Below are positions 54,438-61,433 of a DNA stretch of 64,000 nucleotides, piece after piece. The DNA comes from Patescibacteria group bacterium (GTDB lineage: Bacteria > Patescibacteriota > Microgenomatia > UBA1400 > CG1-02-47-37). Both the position numbers and the translations under genes were made by a program. Below the pieces are notes generated by a model. It worked only from the letters and a program-made list of their open reading frames with translations. It searched no databases and was not told the DNA's origin. Numbering within the stretch: position 1 is the first letter of the stretch; each line of letters starts with the position of its first letter. The DNA is taken from contig JBBTRT010000001.1 in NCBI GenBank assembly GCA_038065055.1, positions 48,893 through 112,892 on the forward strand. Direction: 5' to 3'.

Positions 54438-54722
54438 TTAAAATTGCAGTGCCGCCCGCCCTTCGGCAAACTGGCGAATCAAGGTATTAAGCAATGTTTG
54501 GTAAGGGATATTATTCCTTTTTGCTCTGGCTTTAACCTTAATCAGATCCGCCTGATTAACCCGAATAGTAATTCTTTTAGTCTTATTAAGTTCAAGGTAA
54601 TTTTTAGCCGCTTCTTCAAACATCTTCTTGGTCGCCTTAAAATTTGGAGCTTTAACAAACTCTCCTTTTCTTATGGCATTTTCTAGGCTCTGTTCGTATT
54701 TATCAAGCTTTACTTTTTTCAT
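54438..54722 (-). CDS. BrnA-like antitoxin (C-terminal ribbon-helix-helix)
   Basis: EQSLENAIRKGEFV... then RITIRVNQADLIKVKARAKRNNIPYQTLLNTLIRQFAEG. Confidence 0.55.
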   Translation of the reverse strand: MKKVKLDKYEQSLENAIRKGEFVKAPNFKATKKMFEEAAKNYLELNKTKRITIRVNQADLIKVKARAKRNNIPYQTLLNTLIRQFAEGRAALQF

Positions 54723-54723
54723 A

Positions 54724-55029
54724 TTATTTTAAATATTTTTTAGTTAGTTCCCTACTGGGATAAATGGTTTTTAAGAAAATTATCCCTCTTTTTTTATCTA
54801 TAACATATGGCACGGCGTAAATATAGTTTTTCATTTTTACTATCAAGATTTTTTGTCCGGGATATCTTTTTTTATCCCGATGTTCAATATTGTCTAAAAT
54901 CTGATGTTTATCAATCGCTTCAATGATTTCCTCAAAGCTAATTTTTCGAGTTTCTTTAAGAAGTAAATTTTTCTCCTCATTAAACTCGATTATTACTTTC
55001 TTTATATCAATTTGTACATCCATTGTCAA
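54724..55029 (-). CDS. BrnT/DUF497-like toxin
   Basis: EFNEEKNLLLKETRKISFEEIIEAI...IVKMKNYIYAVPYV...IFLKTIYPSRELTKKY. Size and pairing with the RHH antitoxin fit. Confidence 0.45.
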   Translation of the reverse strand: MTMDVQIDIKKVIIEFNEEKNLLLKETRKISFEEIIEAIDKHQILDNIEHRDKKRYPGQKILIVKMKNYIYAVPYVIDKKRGIIFLKTIYPSRELTKKYLK

Positions 55030-55032
55030 TAC

Positions 55033-55887
55033 CTACATTTTATACCATTTCGGTAAAAAATGCCTCAACATGTGCCCGGCATCGGCCACTGCCCGGTTGC
55101 CGGTTAAATAATACATTTCATTCAGTTCATTACACTCACCCACGCTCATAAAACTGGATTTAATCCCCATTTCCCCCAGGGCTTGCCGGGAAAAAATCAC
55201 TCCCTGCCGAGTACAGCTAATTGAACGGTGATTAATTTTCATGGGACTAATGCCCAAGTTTTTCACTGCCGCCGCAAACGCTAACCCGGACGAACCGGAT
55301 GCCGGATTTACAAAATCAGACAGCAAAACTTCTTTGTTGTTTAGCTCTTTTAATTTTGCTTCATCCCGCCACTGGACCGTAACCGATAAATTTGTTTCCG
55401 GCTCGTCTTTTAAATGTGTCCGTTTGGTCACCACTTTTTGTTCCTCACTGATCACCGCGTCTTTATCTAATCCCAACGCCAATCTGGTTGTCACTAATCC
55501 CGCCCGCTCCAAACTCACCGGGCATCCGCCCGGCAAGCCTCCCTTTGGTTTATATTTATCCAGCATTCTGTACCCTGTTTTTGCCAATTCAAAATATTCC
55601 CTGCAAAAACCAATATCATCATATTTTTTACTATCAGCAATTACCTGCTGGGCCAAAGCGTTTATTTTATCCATCAGCTTTTTCGCCTCGTCCAAATGAT
55701 GTTCCAAAATCACCACTCCGTCTCTTGGCAATTCAGCTTCGCTTTTACCGATTAAACTGACAAACGAATCCCCGAATTTAACTAAGTGATGAACTTGGGT
55801 CGACCCATGAAAATCTTCCGGAAATTTGAGTAATGGTAAAACCTCTAATTTTTCTCCTGGTTTTGCGCTGACAATTTGGTATTTCAT
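55033..55887 (-). CDS. hypothetical protein, remote phosphoribosyltransferase-like motif
   Basis: LLSDFVNPASGSSG vaguely resembles the UPRT-type PRPP loop. Weak. Confidence 0.3.
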   Translation of the reverse strand: MKYQIVSAKPGEKLEVLPLLKFPEDFHGSTQVHHLVKFGDSFVSLIGKSEAELPRDGVVILEHHLDEAKKLMDKINALAQQVIADSKKYDDIGFCREYFELAKTGYRMLDKYKPKGGLPGGCPVSLERAGLVTTRLALGLDKDAVISEEQKVVTKRTHLKDEPETNLSVTVQWRDEAKLKELNNKEVLLSDFVNPASGSSGLAFAAAVKNLGISPMKINHRSISCTRQGVIFSRQALGEMGIKSSFMSVGECNELNEMYYLTGNRAVADAGHMLRHFLPKWYKM

Positions 55888-56309
55888 AAATACTTTGGCC
55901 GCAAATCAACAATTCTTTTTCTCAAATCAAAATCTATACTGAAAAATTCAAAAAATCCTCGTTGTCCCAAAATACCCAAAGGAAATCTCAAGTCATAAGA
56001 AAAACCCACATAACTATTTATTTTCCACCCGCCGATTTCTAAATCAACATAGTGATAATAAACTTTTCCCTCGCCTTTAGTAACGCCAAAAATCGGCGAT
56101 GTTTTCCCCTTTTTTACAGATAGCCCTAGCGCTTCGGCGATATCCGCGTGGAAAATACAAAAATCTGCGCCTGAATCAACTAACGCTAAATAACCGTATT
56201 CTTTTTTTTCATATGAAATCTTTACCGGAATAACCGGCCGCCAAACTTCTTTTAAATCAGGAAAAGCATCCGAGGGTTGGGCCGAAAACCGGCTGTATTT
56301 AAATTTCAT
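55884..56309 (-). CDS. retropepsin-like aspartic protease
   Basis: ALVDSGADFCIF (D-S/T-G-A signature). 141 aa. Confidence 0.6.
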   Translation of the reverse strand: MKFKYSRFSAQPSDAFPDLKEVWRPVIPVKISYEKKEYGYLALVDSGADFCIFHADIAEALGLSVKKGKTSPIFGVTKGEGKVYYHYVDLEIGGWKINSYVGFSYDLRFPLGILGQRGFFEFFSIDFDLRKRIVDLRPKYL

Positions 56310-56536
56310 TAGCTGACTGAATAGGCATAATTATCTGCCGCCAAGGTCAATAATGGTTTAACTTCTCCATTCTTTTTTGCCTTAGATAAGGCAGCTTTAA
56401 CCGTCTTTCCATTACCCACTACCTTTTTCCCATCAGAAGATAACGCCACCCACTGATTAACAAACGGCTTTAAAATTTTAGTAAAGTTATTATTTTTTAA
56501 CATATAAAACATTATAGCAAATTTTCGCGCTGACAA
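56309..56536 (-). CDS. hypothetical small protein (often-seen partner of retropepsin-like genes)
   Basis: 75 aa, with FVNQWVALSSDGKKVVGNGKTVKAALSKAKKNG. Start/stop abut the protease gene. Confidence 0.35.
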   Translation of the reverse strand: MSARKFAIMFYMLKNNNFTKILKPFVNQWVALSSDGKKVVGNGKTVKAALSKAKKNGEVKPLLTLAADNYAYSVS

Positions 56537-56545
56537 TTTGGTATT

Positions 56546-57283
56546 TCATCGGTATTTATTTATCTCGTCTCTTAATTTTTGGGCCTCCAGGCCGGGATTT
56601 TCGGCAAAAATTATTCCCCGACTGGAATTAATTATCATTCCCGCTTTTGCCGAATTCAAGCCGGCCTTTACTGTCTTTTCCACATCCCCGCCCTGCGCCC
56701 CAATTCCCGGCACCAATAACGTCATCTCCCCGACTATTTCCCTCACCTTTTTCAATTCTTCCGGGTAAGTTGCCCCTACGACTAACAAGCAATTTTTGTT
56801 TTTATTCCATTCACTCGCCACGTTTTTAGCCACTTTTTCCCAAACCAAATCCTGAAATTCACCGCTGCCCGGATTCGAAGTTTTGCATAAAATAATAATT
56901 CCCTTATCTTTTCGGTCCAAAAACGGCTGAACCGCCTCTTGGCCAAAATATGGGTTAATCGTAATTGCGTCAAACTTTAACTCATCAAAAATAGCCTTCA
57001 CATAACCATTGTTAGTGTTACCGATATCCGCCCGTTTCGCATCTGCAATGGTCACTATTTCCGGATGCTTTTCCTGAATATAGCTAACTGTTTTTTGCAA
57101 ATTTTCCCATCCGCGAATCCCCAACGCCTCGTAAAACGCGAAATTGGGTTTATAAGCACAAACCAAATCATGCGTCTGATCAATAATCTTCTGGTTAAAC
57201 TCAAACTCTCCCTGGTCCAACCCCACGCACAATAGCGAATTATTTTTCGCCACGATCTTGTCCAATTTATCCTGAAAGTTCAT
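56546..57283 (-). CDS. pyrF: orotidine 5'-phosphate decarboxylase
   Basis: LCVGLD, DAKRADIGNT, PGIGAQGG. Confidence 0.85.
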   Translation of the reverse strand: MNFQDKLDKIVAKNNSLLCVGLDQGEFEFNQKIIDQTHDLVCAYKPNFAFYEALGIRGWENLQKTVSYIQEKHPEIVTIADAKRADIGNTNNGYVKAIFDELKFDAITINPYFGQEAVQPFLDRKDKGIIILCKTSNPGSGEFQDLVWEKVAKNVASEWNKNKNCLLVVGATYPEELKKVREIVGEMTLLVPGIGAQGGDVEKTVKAGLNSAKAGMIINSSRGIIFAENPGLEAQKLRDEINKYR

Positions 57284-57306
57284 TAACCAATTCTATCACG
57301 AACAGG

Positions 57307-57744
57307 TTATTCTTCACCGTATACAGCCACATAAACAAGCCCATCTTCTGCTTGCATAGTACTATTCTGCATGGCGATTAAAAGATCTTGAGGCTGAACC
57401 ATTCCTGTTAATGGCTCTTGAACCCCATCTTTAATAATATTTACATTCATTGTTTCTTCTTGAGATAGACCAGTAACTTTCCTCACATCTATTGCACTCC
57501 CTGCTGAATATTTAATTCCAGCGTCAGTTAATTCTACGGTAAAGAGACAGTCAGAATTTTCTTCTCCAGTAATGTGTAAATTTAAACTAATTTTAGGATG
57601 AGAATCATCAATAAATCCTTCATTATCTTGCAGAGAATTCTCACCGCCTCTTTCTCTTGGATTTGAAACTGCTAAGTAAACAGTTGACTGAAATTGCGCC
57701 TTTGACATATCCAAGCTTATAGCACAAACAAAACCCAAAATCAA
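57307..57744 (-). CDS. hypothetical protein inside the pyr operon
   Basis: 145-aa ORF overlapping pyrE by 4 nt. No motif. Confidence 0.35.
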   Translation of the reverse strand: MILGFVCAISLDMSKAQFQSTVYLAVSNPRERGGENSLQDNEGFIDDSHPKISLNLHITGEENSDCLFTVELTDAGIKYSAGSAIDVRKVTGLSQEETMNVNIIKDGVQEPLTGMVQPQDLLIAMQNSTMQAEDGLVYVAVYGEE

Positions 57745-58376
57745 GCCCTCTTAAGTCTTTTCAACTTCAAATATTCCCGGCCATGGCCTAATTTAGTATT
57801 GATCGGTATCTTTGCCTGACACATGGGGCATTTCTTTTCATCATAGGCATCGGCGCTAAAAACCCCTAAGGCTTTAAACGGCGCTCCAATTGTTATCGAG
57901 GTTACCTCTTTTGGATTACGATTAACCATCACGCAAACGCCTATCACCTCACCATCTAAAACCTTAACACTCTCGACAGTTTTTTTTACCGATCCGCCGG
58001 TCGTGGTAAAATCTTCCACCACTAACACTTTTCTATGCTTCACCAACCGGTCGTAACCTCTTTTGAAAACTTGGTTATTGTTTTCGTCTTTTTCGCTGTA
58101 GCCGCCCAAAACTTCTTTCTTTTTTAACCTGGTTAAGTGGTAAGCAGTCCATTGCGATAAAATAATCCCACCCATGGCCGGACCAATGACTGCATCGATT
58201 TCTTTATCTTTATATTTCCGGGCAATCATCTTACCTACCAGCGAAACCTCTTTAGTGTGGGGATATAACGCATCTTTATTAAGATACTTACTGCTGTGTT
58301 TACCTGATGTTAAAACAATATGACTATCGGTAGTAATCGCTTTGGTTCTTTTTAATATTTTTAAGATTTTACTCAT
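57741..58376 (-). CDS. pyrE: orotate phosphoribosyltransferase
   Basis: PRPP loop VLVVEDFTTTGGS. Sits in pyr operon context. Confidence 0.75.
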   Translation of the reverse strand: MSKILKILKRTKAITTDSHIVLTSGKHSSKYLNKDALYPHTKEVSLVGKMIARKYKDKEIDAVIGPAMGGIILSQWTAYHLTRLKKKEVLGGYSEKDENNNQVFKRGYDRLVKHRKVLVVEDFTTTGGSVKKTVESVKVLDGEVIGVCVMVNRNPKEVTSITIGAPFKALGVFSADAYDEKKCPMCQAKIPINTKLGHGREYLKLKRLKRA

Positions 58377-58642
58377 ATTTTTCCATAAAAAACATCTAAG
58401 TAAGCATCTTGATTTGCCGCTACTTCATATATATTCGGCACGCACTCACCGCAATAATATTTTGGGCCAAAATCTCCCTCGACTTCTCCTTTGGGTGACA
58501 AAAATAAGACTTTATGAGTCGCCGGTTGAACATGCTGTTGACATTTCCATGGATATCCCGCCTCATCAAAAAATAATTCTATTGGATTTTTCTGCCCGCA
58601 CGGCGCCACGTAAATTGTTCTATCTTGTAACTGTTCACTCAT
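58373..58642 (-). CDS. hypothetical 4-Cys small protein inside the pyr operon
   Basis: 89 aa with Cys at positions 15, 34, 74 and 77 (CGEC). Overlaps both pyrD and pyrE. Confidence 0.35.
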   Translation of the reverse strand: MSEQLQDRTIYVAPCGQKNPIELFFDEAGYPWKCQQHVQPATHKVLFLSPKGEVEGDFGPKYYCGECVPNIYEVAANQDAYLDVFYGKI

Positions 58643-59549
58643 GCGCCCCTCCCACTAATTCCTGCAAATTATTAATTTTGTTCTCTTTCATATAAATCTC
58701 TAAATCAGTCTTAATTTGATTATAAATCCCAAACCCATGCCTGTACCACGCCGAGCCGACCCCCACCAAAGTCGCCCCCGCCAGCATCATTTCCACCACG
58801 TCATTCGCCGTTTCCACTCCGCCCATGCCTAAAATCGGCAGCTTCACGCTGTTGTAAATATCCCACACGCACCGCACCGCTACCGGCCTAATTCCCGGGC
58901 CCGACACCCCGCCCACAATATTCCCCAGCATCGGTTTTTTCCGTTTAATATCGATCACCATTCCCGGCCCGACCGTATTAATTGCCGAAATCGCATCGGC
59001 TCCGGCCGCCTCGGCCGCTTTGGCCACCTCGCCGATATTCCCCACATTTGGCGAAAGTTTCGCCAAGATTTTTGTTTCTGGTTTTAACGCCTTTCTGACT
59101 GCTTTCACTGCCGCACCGGTTGATTCCACTCCCATCCCTAACGGCTGGCCTAGTTCATCCACGGTATTCGGACAAGACAAGTTTAATTCAATCATGGCCG
59201 GATGGATTTTTTCCACTTCCGTTGCCAAATGCACAAAATCAGCCACTTTGACGGCAAACACCGATGCCAAAACCGGAATTCTCGTGGCTTTGATAAACTT
59301 CTCCCATTCGCCGACGCCTTTGGCAATACCCGGATTCCGCAGTCCCACTGAATTTAAAATTCCCGACTCATACTTAATTACCCGCGGCAACGGATTGCCT
59401 TCCCGTGGCTCCATGGTCATCGACTTGGTCGTAATTCCGCCCAAACCGTTTTTTTCGGCCAGATAATGCGCCGCCACTTCCTGCAAAATCCCCGACGGCA
59501 TCACTAACGGATTCTCAAATTCAATTCCCAAAAATTTAACTTTAAGCAT
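58635..59549 (-). CDS. pyrD: dihydroorotate dehydrogenase, class 1
   Basis: ELNLSCPN (catalytic Cys), GGVSGPGIRP, GMGGV. Start set at MLKVKFLG (59549). Confidence 0.85.
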   Translation of the reverse strand: MLKVKFLGIEFENPLVMPSGILQEVAAHYLAEKNGLGGITTKSMTMEPREGNPLPRVIKYESGILNSVGLRNPGIAKGVGEWEKFIKATRIPVLASVFAVKVADFVHLATEVEKIHPAMIELNLSCPNTVDELGQPLGMGVESTGAAVKAVRKALKPETKILAKLSPNVGNIGEVAKAAEAAGADAISAINTVGPGMVIDIKRKKPMLGNIVGGVSGPGIRPVAVRCVWDIYNSVKLPILGMGGVETANDVVEMMLAGATLVGVGSAWYRHGFGIYNQIKTDLEIYMKENKINNLQELVGGAHE

Positions 59550-60501
59550 AAATAATTTCCTCCACTTTACCATAAAGTTGCCAGCCTGCAAACGACGACC
59601 AGGCACACTTGGTTTTCAACTTTGATTCGTCTACAATCCAGGGTTTTTCCGGATCAAATTTGATAATCGCTTTTTGATTCGGAATATTAAAGATTTTTTT
59701 GGGATTGTCATAAAGCCAGGCTTTAACTTGTTCCAAAGTACATTTATTTTGCTTCACTCCCAAAAGCATTAAGCCTAACGTCGTTTCCAAACCCGGCACG
59801 CCGAATAGCTTTTCTTCTTTTAAGTGTGGAGCATGATCTGATTCAACTAAATCTATTATTCCTGCCTGCAATCCCTGCCATAAAGCCCGCTTGTCCGCGT
59901 TCGTATTTAATGGAGGTTTCATAATCACACCGGTCTTTAACCATAAATGGTGCGGGGTGACACCGCCAGTAATTTTTAACCCAGATTTTTTCGCCTGCCC
60001 TACCCAAGCCACTTCCTCGGCTAAACTAATATGGCAAACGTGCAACCGGCGGCTAAATTGTTGAGCTAGTTTGATAGCCAATCGTAATTTCTCTCTTTCA
60101 GCGTGGATCAAAATCGGCTTGGGGCAATTCCAGGCAGAAAAAATATCGGCCAGTAACTTTTGGTTCTCAACCAGCATCTCCCCAGTCGTATGGTTTAAGT
60201 AAATCTTCAAACCAAACACTTCCGTCCGGTCCCACACTTTAGCAAATTCTTCCAGATTTTTCCCATTGGTACCAAAATGAAATCCGATTTTGACAACGGC
60301 TTTTTTAGCTAGGTTAATTTTTTCTTCTAATCTTTCAAGGTTAATCGTTGCAGTTGGATTATTCGGCATGTCCAGAATGTAACTAAATCCCCCGGCCCTA
60401 GCCGCCTGCGACCCAGTTAAAAAATCCTCTTTATATTCCGCCCCCGGCTCCCGCAAATGCACGTGAATATCAATTAATCCCGGCCAAATTATTTTTGACA
60501 T
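59542..60501 (-). CDS. pyrC: dihydroorotase
   Basis: LIDIHVHLREPG, ...DHAPH. 319 aa. Confidence 0.8.
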   Translation of the reverse strand: MSKIIWPGLIDIHVHLREPGAEYKEDFLTGSQAARAGGFSYILDMPNNPTATINLERLEEKINLAKKAVVKIGFHFGTNGKNLEEFAKVWDRTEVFGLKIYLNHTTGEMLVENQKLLADIFSAWNCPKPILIHAEREKLRLAIKLAQQFSRRLHVCHISLAEEVAWVGQAKKSGLKITGGVTPHHLWLKTGVIMKPPLNTNADKRALWQGLQAGIIDLVESDHAPHLKEEKLFGVPGLETTLGLMLLGVKQNKCTLEQVKAWLYDNPKKIFNIPNQKAIIKFDPEKPWIVDESKLKTKCAWSSFAGWQLYGKVEEIIYA

Positions 60502-61433
60502 AAAATTAATTTCAAAATTGCCATTCGCACGTACAATCCATTCCGCATCTGCTCAAAATATGCCGCCCGCGGATCGGCATCGACCGCTTCGGAAATTTCG
60601 CCGACGCGCGGCAGTGGATGCATCACGATCAGGTTCTTTTCGGCTTTTTCCAAAACTTTTGGGGTAATGTCATACTGACCTTTTAAACTAGCATATAACT
60701 TTTTTTCCACCGGCGTTTTAAACCATTCCGATTGAATTCTGGTGACGTATAACACGTCCAAACCGCCGATGACTTTATCGAGCGATTCGGTCACAGTTAA
60801 CTCCGCTCCGCGTAACTGCAAATAATCATAGTCAATTTTAGGCAGCTTAAGGACCTTGGGAGAGATTAAAAAAATCTTTGGATTTTTATCAACCACAGTC
60901 AACAACCGGCTCAACGATTTTACCGTCCGGCCGTTTAATAAATCACCCAAAAAACCAACCCTCAACCCTGTCATTTTCCCCAACCTTTTTTTAATCGTGT
61001 ATAAATCCAACAAAGCCTGTGTCGGGTGTTCTTTTTTACCTGAACCGGCGTTGATTACCGGCACTGAAGCCCATTCGGCCGCGACTTGGGCCGAATCGTC
61101 ATCCGGGTGCCTTAAAATAATCGCGTCGCAGGCCGTCGTCTGCTCAATCGTCCTAACCGTATCTTTGAGAGTTTCACCTTTGACCGCTGACGAATATTGG
61201 CTCATGCCGTGAATGGCAATCACCCGCTCGCAACCGAGCCATTTGCAGGCGGCCAAAAACGAAGAAAAAGTCCGCGTCGACGGCTGGTAGAACAATTCGG
61301 CCACAGTTTTATTCCGTAAAAAACTGGCGGTTTTTCTGGATTTAACGATTTTCTCCATGTCTGCCGCAGTTCTAAAAATCCGGGCCACCTCGCTGACTTT
61401 GGTAATTTGATTGATCGAAATAAGATCATGCAT
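60489..61433 (-). CDS. pyrB: aspartate carbamoyltransferase catalytic subunit
   Basis: STRTFSSF, HPTQALLD, HPLPRV. Confidence 0.9.
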   Translation of the reverse strand: MHDLISINQITKVSEVARIFRTAADMEKIVKSRKTASFLRNKTVAELFYQPSTRTFSSFLAACKWLGCERVIAIHGMSQYSSAVKGETLKDTVRTIEQTTACDAIILRHPDDDSAQVAAEWASVPVINAGSGKKEHPTQALLDLYTIKKRLGKMTGLRVGFLGDLLNGRTVKSLSRLLTVVDKNPKIFLISPKVLKLPKIDYDYLQLRGAELTVTESLDKVIGGLDVLYVTRIQSEWFKTPVEKKLYASLKGQYDITPKVLEKAEKNLIVMHPLPRVGEISEAVDADPRAAYFEQMRNGLYVRMAILKLILCQK

